A DNA stretch of 61,697 bases, counting the filler, from Stramenopiles sp. TOSAG23-2 (Eukaryota), in assembly GCA_900128395.1 (NCBI GenBank). It is 17 parts of 17 records of this genome, joined end to end, with 100 filler letters (N's around TTAATTAATTAA, not from the genome) between each part and the next. Parts side by side here need not be neighbours in the genome. Positions count along the whole stretch, not along the records: positions 22,287 to 48,098 come from LT649447.1; 16 more parts are not named here. The stretch is one strand, 5' to 3'. Under the pieces are notes generated by a model. It was not told where the DNA came from. It was given only the letters and a program-made list of their open reading frames with translations, and made no database searches. Position 1 is the first letter of the stretch. The number at the start of each line of letters is the position of its first letter. A program made the translations under genes and the position numbers. This document shows positions 22,953-35,200 of this stretch, piece after piece.

Positions 22953-23092
22953 TCCCCTGGACTGTGCATATCGTAATAATCATAGTCCACTTCGCCAAGA
23001 GATGATTGCACTTATACGTTTAAAAGGTGGAAAAGCAAATTATCATGTGATGAAAATGGTAGACGTGTAATGAGAGGTAATGGTGATTTATA
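22953..23092 (+). pseudogene. Diverged, frameshifted second copy of the ankyrin gene 3' end
   Basis: CCCCTGGAC..ATAGTCCA.TTCGCCAAGAGAT..ATTGCACTT..CGTTTAAAAGGTGGAAAAGCAAATTAT matches 22580-22720 with substitutions and indels. Confidence 0.7.
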
Positions 23093-23353
23093 AAACGATT
23101 AAAAAAAAACGAGAAATTATTTTTATGCACACACACACTACACTTTATACTCTTTTGAGAGAAATTGACACACAAATACTTTCATATTGTATATATCTAT
23201 ACCCATCCATCTCCGAGAAATTATTTTTATGCACACACACACTACACTTTATACTCTTTTGAGAGAAATTGACACACAAATACTTTCATATATATTACAT
23301 ATCTATATATAAATCCATCTCCCGCTCTCTTTCTCTCTAGATACACACACACA

Positions 23354-24435
23354 CTATTTTACTTCTTTACAAACATCTTCATCATCATTCTTCGTCTTCA
23401 TCATGAAATTTCTTTGTCGAAATAAAGTTTGAAACGAAACATTGCCATGTATAACAACTTGATCATCTTCAATTTCCTCTTGCACTTTTAAATTTTTAAA
23501 TGCAGCAAATGGTTTTTTCTCCATGCAACCAGAAAAATTAAATTTCTTTCGTTTTGCATTTTGATATATACCTAAATATCCTAAACTATGAGGATGTGTT
23601 AATAATAATTCTGGATTCTTCAATAAACGTGAATTAATTTCAACTAAAAGTCCAGTTAATGGTGATGTAATCTCATATTCTTTATTATTATCATTTAAAT
23701 CAATAATTGTGCAAAATTTATCACCAGGTTTGCATTTAATACCACCATTTTTACTTTTACCACTTGTTTTAATATCCGCAACGATGTTTTTATCATTTAA
23801 ACTATGATTACTATATTTCACTTGAATACGAGTTGATTTAAAAATTGGATGTGTCTCTGCTAGACCGACCATTGCAATATCGTTAGGATGTAAAAATATA
23901 TACCGATCGTTTTTACAATTTGTAGGATCATTTTTATCAGTCGGATAATATAATTGCCAAAAAACTCTTGCAACATACGAACAATTTTTTGGATTTTTAT
24001 TCATGACTTTCTCTCGATTAGCCATATCAATACGATTCTGATCTAAGCGTACGTGTAAGTATCTGCATTCACTTCCATATTTACACGTATTTGTCCTTAG
24101 AAAATCAAAACATTCTTTTTTTTTTCTATTACCACGACGTCGTGGATTTTTCTTATTATTATTGCCATTATTATTATTATTACCATTATTATTATTTAAT
24201 TTTTGTTTTTTAATTAATTCTTGTTGTTCTTCTTTATTATTTTTTTTTTCATCATTTGTAATTGTCGTTGTTGTCGTCGTCGTGGAGACATCAATTATTT
24301 ATTATTATTTAATTTTTGTTTTTTAATTAATTCTTGTTGTTCTTCTTTATTATTTTTTTTTTCATCATTTGTAATTGTCGTTGTTGTCGTCGTCGTGGAG
24401 ACATCAATTGTTTTATCATCGATTTTTCTTTTCAT
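23354..24435 (-). CDS. ABITRAM: CCCH zinc finger plus Abitram (FAM206A/Simiate, GCV-H-like) protein; interrupted by a 113-bp duplication
   Basis: HPNDIAMVGLAETHP and GLLVEINSRL..NPELL...GYLGI; upstream in-frame CFDFLRTNTCKYGSECRYLH. The ATG at 24435 is in frame once one 113-bp copy is removed. Confidence 0.7.
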
Positions 24436-24841
24436 CTTTCTATATTTCTATATATATATATATATTCTTTTACTATTTCTTTGACTATATGTGTGATATT
24501 TTCCTTTTATTCATATAAAACACACGCGGACCAACAATTATTTTATAACACACACGTAAAAGCTATCATATGTATATTAGAAGCTATAAGTGAACAAAAA
24601 AAATATAGACATAATAGATCCAATTATTATAAAGATATACATTGTATCAAATAATATAGTATATATACACATACACATATACATAAATTTTGTGAAAAGA
24701 AAGTGTGTGTGGGGGAGAAAAAAAATAAAAATGACTAGTGTAGTAATATACATTGTATCAAATAATATAGTATATATACACATACACATATACATAAATT
24801 TTGTGAAAAGAAAGTGTGTGTGGGGGAGAAAAAAAATAAAA

Positions 24842-25897
24842 ATGACTAGTGTAGTATCTTCAACAAATTCCCAGAATGGGCCAACAACTGATACAACAAA
24901 TAAATTACCAATAATATTAATTGTTGGAAAATCAATTGAAAATATTAACAAAATAACAAATGCATTGAAAACCCATCATTTTCAAAATTGCATTGCTGGC
25001 GATAATATTAATAGTGGCACCAATACCCATGGTATTTTTGATACATTTACTGCTGATATTGTGACGAAATATTATACTGCTTCTGTTAATGTATGGACTC
25101 TTATTAAATCACCTGATGAAATATTGGGAAAATATATACCTGATGGGTGTAAGGCAATTATATCTACTTACGACGCTTTAACGTTAACACAGAGTAGCTT
25201 GGAAAATAGTGCAAAATCTTGGATTGACGCATGTAAAAATCGTGTAGGAACTAAAGTCTTTGCATTGACATATGTTGATTCAAAGGAAATAGAAACTGTC
25301 AAGTGTTTAGATAAGTTAAATGACTGGACATTTGATAATCAAATTGAATATGTAAAAACAAATATGAAGGAGTTAAAACAAGATAAAACAAAACGTGAAA
25401 AAGAAGGTATTGCTAGAGCCTATGAATGTTTAGAAACAACAATGTGGCCCAATATGAAAAGGGCTAGTAGACGAAGTAGTAGCAACAATACCAATGCCAG
25501 TAATAATAATAATAAGAATAACAATAATAATAGCAACGCTAGTAATAGTAATAACCAAAATAAACAACAAGAACGACAACAAGCACCATTACCAGAAAGT
25601 CTCAATGATGATAATATTAAAAAAGATGGCAAAGTTGCTGTTGATGAAAAACCAGTGGTCATAACAGAAGAAGAAATAGCACAAGCAGAGAAAGAAGTGA
25701 ACGATGATAAAAATGTCATTAATGAAACAGAGGAATTAATGGGTTTAATTGCAAAAGCAAAAGATATTCGTGAAGCAAGTTTAAATGGCAGTATGACAGA
25801 TGCTGAACGATATGAACAAGCAGAAAAGACTGCCATGCGTCTAGCAGAGTTATTCGATTTAATGGGTGGTGGTGAATTAAATGAAATAATGGGTTAA
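24842..25897 (+). CDS. AAGAB: Alpha/gamma-adaptin-binding protein p34 (AAGAB/Irc6)
   Basis: IVTKYYTASV, W..DNQIEYV, EKEGIAR..E.LETTMW..M, D.ER...AEK.AM motifs. The upstream part of the 435-aa ORF is duplicated UTR. Confidence 0.8.
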   Translation: MTSVVSSTNSQNGPTTDTTNKLPIILIVGKSIENINKITNALKTHHFQNCIAGDNINSGTNTHGIFDTFTADIVTKYYTASVNVWTLIKSPDEILGKYIPDGCKAIISTYDALTLTQSSLENSAKSWIDACKNRVGTKVFALTYVDSKEIETVKCLDKLNDWTFDNQIEYVKTNMKELKQDKTKREKEGIARAYECLETTMWPNMKRASRRSSSNNTNASNNNNKNNNNNSNASNSNNQNKQQERQQAPLPESLNDDNIKKDGKVAVDEKPVVITEEEIAQAEKEVNDDKNVINETEELMGLIAKAKDIREASLNGSMTDAERYEQAEKTAMRLAELFDLMGGGELNEIMG

Positions 25898-26288
25898 AAA
25901 AAAAAAAGAAAGAGCGATGTGTGTACTGATAATGAAAGAGGGGGGTAACATCAATTAATATCCGTGTACGTCCATACAACAAGTATATATATGAAATCTA
26001 AAGAGAATAATACATATATATATACATCTTCGTAAAATACAGCAGAAGCATATATGGTTTTTATAAAAATATTAATACTGTATGTGTGTGTAAAATCTTT
26101 TTTCTCCGTGTATGTATGTGTTTGTGTGTGTGTGTGATTTCAAACATTGAAGAACGTTCGAATTGTATTTACAATTCATAAGCATAACACTGTTTTATCC
26201 ATTTTTAATTGGTTATAATTGTACGTGTTCTTATACGTATATATACTTTTACAAACTAATACAATAGTCAATACATATAATACAAACA

Positions 26289-28628
26289 ATGGGATTATGT
26301 GCTTCTTCTAGCGCTCCACCTGTTCCACCAGGTGATGCTCATTCAGGAGACAAACTGAATAGCTTAATGAGGAAGACCGTAGCTGACGCTGAAAACGTTA
26401 CCGAAAAAGCTGTTGAGATTATGATGAAAGCAAGAAGACGTATGGTTGTTCATGATCAAGCAACAGCCATCGACAAAAATTTTGTCTTTCCTATGATATC
26501 TAAATCTACTAAAGAACGAAATTTTTTAAGACAATGTTTAGAGGAGACATTTTTTCTCTTTAAAGAGTTAGATACAGACTCTCAAGAGAAAATGCTTGAT
26601 GCTATGGACAAGAAAGACAAGATTGAGACAAGAGACATTATTATTAAGCAAGGTGACGAAGGTGATTTTATGTACGTCGTTGAAGCTGGTCGGTTTGAGG
26701 TATTGAGTGACGATATTAAAGTAGGAACAAAAGGAAAAGGTCAAATGTTTGGAGAGTTGGCATTGCTGTATCAATGTCCTAGAGCTGCAACAATTAGGTG
26801 TATCAGTGGACCTGCCATCCTTTGGAAGCTTGAACGCAAAGTGTTTACCAACATTGCCAATAAAGTCAATGCTGCTGCTTCCAAATCTAACTTTGAGAAG
26901 TTATCAAAATGTGAATTGTTGAAAGATTTACGTCCATCTCAACAACGTGCAATTGCAGATGTATTAGTGCGTAAAGGATATAAAAAAGGGGAAAATATCA
27001 TCTTAAAAGGTGACAAAGGAACAAATTTTTATATCATCGATGAGGGTAGCGTTATTTGCATCAATGATGGAGATAACGGGCAGACAGATCTAGTATTAAA
27101 TGCTGGACAATATTTTGGTGAAATAGCGCTTACGCAAAACGTCCCGCGTCAACGAACAGTTCGTTGTAGAGAAGATACTACCTGCTTAATTTTGGATAAA
27201 ACAGATTTTAACAATTTACTAGGAAATTTACAAGATGCAATCGATGCAAATATGGGACAACGTGTGTTGAAATCTGTGGAAGTATTTAATAGTCTAACCC
27301 CTCATATGCATAATTTGCTAGTCGATGCATTTAAAGAAAGGGTTTATAAAGGTGGTGATACAATTATTAAACAAAACGATGTTGGAGATAGTTTTTTCGT
27401 AGTCAACCAAGGAACCTTGAAATGTTTTGTAGAGGAAGAAGGTAAATTAAAAGATACATCAAAAAGATTTCAATCTGGAGAATATTTTGGAGAGACAGCG
27501 TTGCTAGATGGGAAACCACGTAATGCAACCATTATTGCAGAAGGTGGTCCAAAAGATCGTATTCGTTTATTTCAATTGATGAAATCTGATTTTGATAGGC
27601 TTCTTGGCCCAGTCAAAGCATACATTGAAAAAACATCGCAGGAAAGAAAGGAATTATCAAAGTTAAAAAAGATTGCATTGGATGAATTGAAAGTTATTCG
27701 TAATCTGGGACAAGGTACATTTGGGTTAGTGAAACTTGTTGAATATGATGGCAAACACTATGCGTTGAAATGTTTGCAAAAAAAGCAAATTGTTCGATAC
27801 AATTTAGTAGATAATATTTTATATGAAAAACGAATGATGGAAGAGAGTAATCATCCATTTGTATTGAAACTCATCAATACTTTCCAAAATCAAGATCGAT
27901 TGTATATGATGTTAGAAGTAGTACCTGGTGGTGAACTTTTTGCTTTTTTGCAAACGCGTGGTGGTTTTGTTCCTACCAATCATGCTCGCTTTATTTCAGC
28001 ATGCGTAGTTTCCGTATTTGAATACATGCATTCAAAAGATATTTGCTATCGTGATTTAAAGCCAGAAAATTTAATGATCGATGCGCAAGGCTACATTAAA
28101 ATGGTTGATTTCGGTTTTGCAAAAGTTGTTACTTCCAAAACATTTACGCTATGTGGAACTCCAGAATACATGGCGCCAGAAATTTTATTACGTCGTGGAC
28201 ATAATAAAAGCGTTGACTACTGGGCTACTGGAATTTTGATTTATGAATGTGAAACTGGAAATACGCCATTTGCAGATTATGAAAATTATGATAATGCTGT
28301 TATTTGCCAAAAAATCTTGCGATCGACCTTGAAATTTCCATCTGATATAAACAAAGACGCAAAATCACTGATAACGCGTTTGTTACATCGTGACGTATCG
28401 AAGCGATTCGGATGTATGGCACGGGGTACAAAGGATATTAAGGAACATGATTATTATAATTACGGAAGTTTTAATTGGAATCATTTGATTAGTAAAAAAT
28501 TAAAAGCACCTTATGTTCCTAAAGTTTCAAAAGCCAAAGGAATTTCAACAGAAAATTTCGCTACAGTTCATGCTGATGGAAAAGTTGAACCATTTAATGG
28601 CAATGATGCGGTTTTTTCCGAATTTTGA
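26289..28628 (+). CDS. PKG: cGMP-dependent protein kinase (three cNMP-binding domains plus AGC kinase domain)
   Basis: MGLC acylation motif; three FGE..L...PR.AT-like cassettes; LGQGTFG, YRDLKPEN, DFGFAK, TLCGTPEY; C-terminal FSEF. Confidence 0.93.
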   Translation: MGLCASSSAPPVPPGDAHSGDKLNSLMRKTVADAENVTEKAVEIMMKARRRMVVHDQATAIDKNFVFPMISKSTKERNFLRQCLEETFFLFKELDTDSQEKMLDAMDKKDKIETRDIIIKQGDEGDFMYVVEAGRFEVLSDDIKVGTKGKGQMFGELALLYQCPRAATIRCISGPAILWKLERKVFTNIANKVNAAASKSNFEKLSKCELLKDLRPSQQRAIADVLVRKGYKKGENIILKGDKGTNFYIIDEGSVICINDGDNGQTDLVLNAGQYFGEIALTQNVPRQRTVRCREDTTCLILDKTDFNNLLGNLQDAIDANMGQRVLKSVEVFNSLTPHMHNLLVDAFKERVYKGGDTIIKQNDVGDSFFVVNQGTLKCFVEEEGKLKDTSKRFQSGEYFGETALLDGKPRNATIIAEGGPKDRIRLFQLMKSDFDRLLGPVKAYIEKTSQERKELSKLKKIALDELKVIRNLGQGTFGLVKLVEYDGKHYALKCLQKKQIVRYNLVDNILYEKRMMEESNHPFVLKLINTFQNQDRLYMMLEVVPGGELFAFLQTRGGFVPTNHARFISACVVSVFEYMHSKDICYRDLKPENLMIDAQGYIKMVDFGFAKVVTSKTFTLCGTPEYMAPEILLRRGHNKSVDYWATGILIYECETGNTPFADYENYDNAVICQKILRSTLKFPSDINKDAKSLITRLLHRDVSKRFGCMARGTKDIKEHDYYNYGSFNWNHLISKKLKAPYVPKVSKAKGISTENFATVHADGKVEPFNGNDAVFSEF

Positions 28629-29802
28629 GTATAGATGGAGTATATCAAATAGAGTATCCGCATGATACCGCATTTTGGTCGAAACGGAAGTCGTTATAAA
28701 GCACCGCCGGAAATGGTGTATATAAAAACTTTTTTTCCTCTACGGGTAAATTAAAAAAAATAAAATCTTTATGATTATGATATGATGCATGTAATGATGA
28801 TGGTTAAAATCTAATAATATAATAAATGATAGCTTGGTGTATAAATGATATGCATATATTATATGCATATGATACGAAGTAATATATTCTTTACAAGAGG
28901 TATCATACGAAAGTAAAAAAAAAATTAAAATTATAGATTACGCGAGAGAAGTGTGTAAAATAATTATTATGATTACGCCAATATATTTTATGACACATTT
29001 AAATATGATAATATACGCGAGAACCGCTTTTCGTATTATTTTTTACGAGGTACGAACTCTAGAGTTCGTGTACATATATTTTTAATTATTTTTAAAACAA
29101 TAAATTTTTACATTCGGTGATGAATTCTATGATGCTCAAATACTCTATCTCAGAAATAATAGAGTCAAGATCCTAGTATCATATATATAAATAGTAAAGC
29201 TCTAATGCACATCTGCAAATATATTTTTTTATATTTTTAATTAGACTAAAAATTTTTACGACTTTTATATTTACGAGCGTATGACCCACACTGACTCCAA
29301 TATCGTTTCCTAGTTGTACTTCTACAACAAAAGTACAAAAATATTACGATCGTAATACACGAAGGTCTTCAATTTAGATATCATATATTAGATATATACG
29401 CATCATATAATTCGGTATCAGTATTATTATTATATGTGCATTTCAGTATGATGATATTTCATTGCTTTTATCTGATAAAATTTTGTGTTAGTAAAATCAA
29501 CTGGGTATGATAATGAAAAGATACATTTGCAAGAGGAAGGTACATCTACATTTCAATTGTACAACGTCATGTGTAATGGATATGTAATATATATATATAT
29601 ATATCCAATATTATTTGCTCCGAAAACAGTTTGATATCACCGCTGGTAATTACTCCAGCATCCTAAGAGATTCCCACCTGTCAATTATCGTCATTGCATA
29701 ACTTAAAGAAATATAAATATTACTAGAAGTACAATTGATGTATATATATATATATTAATAAGGACATTTATATACATAAGTTCATCTGAATTTACACTTA
29801 CC

Positions 29803-31632
29803 TTATGATATTATACAATCGAAAGCGTCGCTAGCACAACCTCTATTATTTCTGTCTACATCATTATCTTTTATATCCCATGGTTCCTGAAGTATTGGAT
29901 GGTCGATTGGATTAACATTATTATCTTCTAACACTAAAAAGATATCATCATCGTCCTCAACTGTAAATTCATTCAATAATTTATTTTTTGCATCCTCATA
30001 TTCATCCTCGCTATCATGGTGATTAGAATCTTCATCATCATCATCACTTGTAAGCTCCTCTTTAACAGTATTTCTAGAAGTTATGGTTGGTGCAGTTACT
30101 ACTGTTGTTGCTGTTGCTGCTACTGCCGTTGAATGTGTTCTTCTTGTATAATTATTACTATTATTATTCTCAATAGTAATATTGGTATTGTATTTACTAT
30201 CAAGTTCATTATCATCACGATTGTTGTTACTAATATCTTTACTTTCCTGATCAGACGTCACACTCATCCTTTTTTCAACAGTTGATTTTATAGTCACAAT
30301 ACTAGCTAAATCCATTTTTGGTTTATCCCCGATAGCAATTTTTCTTACTTTTTTCCAATTCATTTTTTTAGTAGCTTGTTTATTCAGTATTGGAACAGCT
30401 GGCGTTGTATTTGCATGAGCTATATTTTTAGTTTCATCAACCATGACGTAGTCATCATCTTCGCTAACACCTTTTACCTCATTAGACGTTTTCAACTCAT
30501 TGGAAGTCTTTACTTCACTTTCTAATTTTTCATTTTTTCGATTTAATGATTGTTGTAATGGTGATATATCTTCTTTTGTATCTTCGTAATCCCTTTGCAT
30601 ACGTGAAGAAGATGACAATTTTGATGTTGGTGAAAGTGGTTTCTGCGGTGGGGGGTCTGTTACATCATCTCTGTTTTCATCTAAACTTTTAATATATTCA
30701 AATGATCCACGCAAGGCTTCGGATGCTGTCGGTCGTGCTTCAGGTGTATATACATATTTTCCATATTTCAAACAAACCTCATCGACGGACGGGCCTGTAC
30801 CACCATATTCTTTCGGCAGATATTCCTTATCAACTTTTGATAACAAAACTTTTTTATAATCGGATCCAAGAATCTTAATTTTTGCGCATGTTGCAGCGTC
30901 TACAAATGTGGTAACAACTCTCCAAACCATCTTAAATACCCATGGTGAGTTAATAATGTACATACCACCATTTTGTTCTGGATAATTGTCGCCTAGTTGG
31001 CTCGCTATAGTACGCATGAATTCCCATACGCTTGGCTTCATCATGCTCATTCCAAATCCCTCTAAATCAATAATAGAAAAATATTCTTCTACATGATGTT
31101 TCTTCCTCGCACGTTGAACACCATTTAACCACTTACTTCGTTCCATCATAGCAACTTCAAAATTTACAAAAGTATCGACATCAATTTTCGTCAGTAACTT
31201 TGTGACATCCAATTTTCCAACTTGCTTGACATAGACTAGTCTACCGCATTTATCTTCGCCGCAAAATCCTTGTGGATAAAGTGGTAGAACTTCCTTTTCT
31301 AAATCTAGACCTAACAAATCGTTGTAAGAAGTGGCTGCTTTTTTATCAATGTCGAACGAAATGCGCCAGGTAAGGTGATTTCTAATCATTTTCTCCACCT
31401 CTGCGGAATCAAAATCGCGTGCTCGACACCAACGTAATGCACATGTTTCAGGATGCTCCCCAGGTATTAATAAGTTCGCATATTCGTTCTCCCAATCAAA
31501 CGTATCTACAATTTTCTTAAGCACTTTCTTTTCTTTCGAAGTAAGATGCCCTTTCCTACCTTTTAATAGATTAACATCACGTGCCGGATGATCCTTAAAT
31601 TTTTTATACTCCAGAGTATTTGCTTTACTCAT
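29803..31632 (-). CDS. Sec14/CRAL-TRIO lipid-transfer protein with disordered tail and C-terminal CaaX (CIIS)
   Basis: LRWCRARDFD, EDKCGRLVY, IIDLEG, DNYPE...YIINSPW.F...W, LPKEYGG. Start placed at the first ATG (MSKANT). Confidence 0.9.
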   Translation of the reverse strand: MSKANTLEYKKFKDHPARDVNLLKGRKGHLTSKEKKVLKKIVDTFDWENEYANLLIPGEHPETCALRWCRARDFDSAEVEKMIRNHLTWRISFDIDKKAATSYNDLLGLDLEKEVLPLYPQGFCGEDKCGRLVYVKQVGKLDVTKLLTKIDVDTFVNFEVAMMERSKWLNGVQRARKKHHVEEYFSIIDLEGFGMSMMKPSVWEFMRTIASQLGDNYPEQNGGMYIINSPWVFKMVWRVVTTFVDAATCAKIKILGSDYKKVLLSKVDKEYLPKEYGGTGPSVDEVCLKYGKYVYTPEARPTASEALRGSFEYIKSLDENRDDVTDPPPQKPLSPTSKLSSSSRMQRDYEDTKEDISPLQQSLNRKNEKLESEVKTSNELKTSNEVKGVSEDDDYVMVDETKNIAHANTTPAVPILNKQATKKMNWKKVRKIAIGDKPKMDLASIVTIKSTVEKRMSVTSDQESKDISNNNRDDNELDSKYNTNITIENNNSNNYTRRTHSTAVAATATTVVTAPTITSRNTVKEELTSDDDDEDSNHHDSEDEYEDAKNKLLNEFTVEDDDDIFLVLEDNNVNPIDHPILQEPWDIKDNDVDRNNRGCASDAFDCIIS

Positions 31633-31844
31633 CTTTGTACAAAATTTTATACTCGATCCTAGTAACAAAAATTTTCCCCGTCCGTTCCACTGTACGAAAG
31701 AAAGAGAAGAAGCGAAGAAAAAATCCTCAGTTTGCACACGTTTCCCATTTTTGCAAATAAAATAAACTAGAACACATTAGAAGCGAATTTATTTATACTA
31801 AATAGTATATCAATCATTTCCCTATTATCGAACGAATCCCAAAA

Positions 31845-31916
31845 AAAAAATTGAGGAGTGCCATGCTATTTTCATGTTACATTTATCATAGAAATAGTAT
31901 GGCTCCTCCTTTTTTC
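31845..31916. repeat. Imperfect hairpin in the divergent intergenic region
   Basis: GAGGAGTGCCATGCTATTTTCATG pairs with CATAGAAATAGTATGGCTCCTC. Confidence 0.6.
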
Positions 31917-32273
31917 CAAATCCTGACTTTTAGAAAAAAGGGGGCGAAAGATGGTCCAGAGCTTCAGACTTTTTTATCTTCACCACTTTTTTTTTATCTT
32001 TTTAAAAAGCAAACTCTACTTTACTAATGATATTTTCATATTAATTACTACAATAAATTAGGGTTATTTTTTTTACAAATTAAAAAAAATACATTTATAT
32101 CAACGATAGTTTCTATTGACAATATATATATATATATACGTATATACGTTATGGCATAGATACAAATAGTAGATTATACAAATCGATATATATATTTATA
32201 TTTATAGTTTAGGATTATAGATACATAGTAATTGTACTATCCATATACATATTCCTTTCCATTGATAAATAAA

Positions 32274-35200
32274 ATGAAATTGAAATTCCTAACCTTATTG
32301 TTATTGATTGCATTGTGCTTACTTAGCACATTTGCTAAACATGACGACCCTAAGGAGGATGCTGAAAAAAAAGAAGATGACGATGATAAAGCAGGTCGTA
32401 TTATAATAGATTGCGTCAAGAAATGCAAATGTGAAAATACACTAGTGAATATCCAAAAATGCATGAAAGTAGCACAAGATGCTGGCTTAACACCATCGGC
32501 TGATGAACTTTCCAAAGAATTCTCAACCTGTGCAAAGGAGAAACTTTTAGCAAAAGCTGCAAGAGAAGCAAGTGGTGAAAGTGAATTTGGACCAAACAGA
32601 AACATGCCAAACATGACTACTGTATTGGATGACGATTTTTCACGTGCAAAGAATGCAACTCATTTGAACCCAAACTATTGGGAAACTTTCCCATCTAATG
32701 AAGAGAAGAGAGTTACCAAACTTGACAGTGTAGGTGTTAAAGTAATGAGCTTTAAATACCAAGAATCAACGCCAGATTTGAGTTTAAAACTTAAAGAGGG
32801 ATATGGATGTACTGGACGTCACACAAATGACACAGCAACAAAACAAAAAACTATGTTTGCATGTCAAAAGTGGTGTGCAGCAGAAGCTAATGAAGATTTT
32901 GATTTACCACTGAAACATCGCCGTTATAAAAATGTTTCCTCTGGTTGTGAATTCCAAGGTTCAACCGGTAAAGAGAATTGCGTTCTACGAGTAACTTGTA
33001 AACCAGCCAAAAAACAAGGTTTTGGAGGAGCAAACTTTGGCTACAAGGCTGTAGTAAAGACTTTAGGTGCACGTGTTAGCAAGAATGCTGTTGTATTCAT
33101 GGGTAATAGCCACAATATCTCAGGAAAAGGTGTATCCATGGATAGCACTGGTCATAGAGCACTTGTATCGAAACCACTTAACTTGAAAGATGGTGGTGTA
33201 ATATCATTTTGGTTAAAAGACGGACCTGATGATGGTGGTGCCATGTGCAAATGGGACTACGAAAAGTTACGAAGAGAACATATGGAGAAACAAGCACGTA
33301 AAAATGCGGAAGAGAAAAGGAGAAGTGATTGCTACAATCGTGGGCCTAAAGGAAAAGGTTGCAGTGGACACGGTTATGGTAAATATGAATCAGCATGTAA
33401 CAATAACTGGTATTGCACAAAAGAAGAAGATCCAAAAATCAAATTTGATCCAACTTGTGAATGTTCATGTAACAGCGGTTGGGTTGGTAAAAGATGTGAA
33501 ATTCGCTACACTACTGGTTACTGCCGTAGTGTTGGTGATCCACATCCAAACACTGCTGATGGAGTTTATTACAATGTTTACGATGCCGGTGAATTTAAAT
33601 ATTTCGAACATCCAGAAAGTACAACTGAAGTACATGCGTTATATCGTATGGCACATCCACGTATCGCAGCAACAGCAGCTGTAGCAGTACGTGTGTGTCA
33701 AAAGAAATTGAAAGAGGAAGATCGTGGTAAATGTGATATCATTTCATTTGAAGCACCAAATTGCCGTTATGGTAATTACAAAATCTCTGTAAGCGAAAAT
33801 GGTAAATGTACCCAAGGTAACTTGTGGGGACGACATTATCGTACAAAAAATACCGGGGTATACTTCCATCATCCATGGGATATTTATGCACCAGATGGTA
33901 CAAGAATGCATACACCAGGTTGGTGGAGATATGGTTGGGCGCATCATAAACATGGAGCTGGAGGATGTCGGAACGGTGGAAATTGTAGAAGTTGGTATGG
34001 TTGTGGAAACTGGGGTGGATATTTAAATGCTTACCTCTGGATCAGAGCACCGTATGATGGTAGAACCGTTGGTGTATGTGGAAATTTCGGTGGAAACAGA
34101 GGACGTGACTACAATGTTATGTTTAATAGCCAGGGGCATAGACATCATAGTCAATGGAGCTCATCATACAGAGACAAAGTATCTGTAAAGGCAGAAGATT
34201 CTTTCTTTAAATGTGGTTCCACATACGATGTTGGATACAGATACAGTCCATATAGATTCAAATCGTTGAAAGCTAACCAAATGGTTTCTGTTGCGCAAAA
34301 AATGGCAATGTCTACCGAGCTTCTTGCGCAAGAATTTGCTGAAGACAAATTAATGAATAAAGATGCAGGTGAAAACCCAATGTTAACAAGGAAACAAGCT
34401 GAAGTTAAATGCAAAGCTAAGAACAAAGCTAGTGGTGGTGCACCAATGACGGAGGAAGCTTTAAATAATTGTGTTCAAGATATGATGATGGTAAATGATG
34501 ATTCCGTGAAAAAGAACGCTGTAAAAGAATCAGAAGAAGAAATCGAAGAGGCATTTGAGGAAGCAGAAGCAGATGAAAAAGATGAAAAACAAGAGCTTGC
34601 AGCGGAAAGGAAACTTTTCAAACCAAGTCCAGTTGATCCTGTTTTGCAATACTGTACCGGTAATTGCGAAAGAGATAGTAACTGGAAACAAATACGTGCA
34701 ATCACTAACAAGATTTACAGTGATTTCGTACAAGATTGGAAAGAATTCACTGCTAAAATCCCAAATGATGCAATGACTAAAACGACTCGTATTAGATTTT
34801 ACCAGAAGAAACACGAATGTTATTGTTGCGATATATTTGCCATTAATGATGTCAAAATCGTTACTGGAGGATGGCCTATTCGTATCGCCGCTGATAAAGC
34901 ATTTACATTGTATGGTGACGGTAAAGAACTTGGCAAAGGTGAATGGTATGAACCAGCAAAGGATACATACCGTTATCGTGTAAACCAAAAGACGAAAATC
35001 TTTGGTGTCAAGATTGAAGGTGCAGATGAAGGCCGAATGGGTGTCATCGCGAGTATCGGCGATTCTATCGTAACAAGTTCCAGTTGGCGCTGTAAGACTG
35101 GCTTGACTGCGCAAGAAGCAAGAGATTTTACCAAGCCATCCTTTGATGCGGCATTATGGCCACCAGCATTTGAAGAAGGTAATAACGGTATTTTACCATG

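Noticed and set aside
24590-24841. Repeated N-terminal peptide on the AAGAB ORF
   Set aside because: It is translated 5' UTR duplicated in tandem; the real start is at 24842.
28640-29800. Possible ncRNA or SECIS in the long convergent intergenic region
   Set aside because: I could not identify a tRNA, snRNA, snoRNA or SECIS core, and neither flanking gene has an in-frame TGA.
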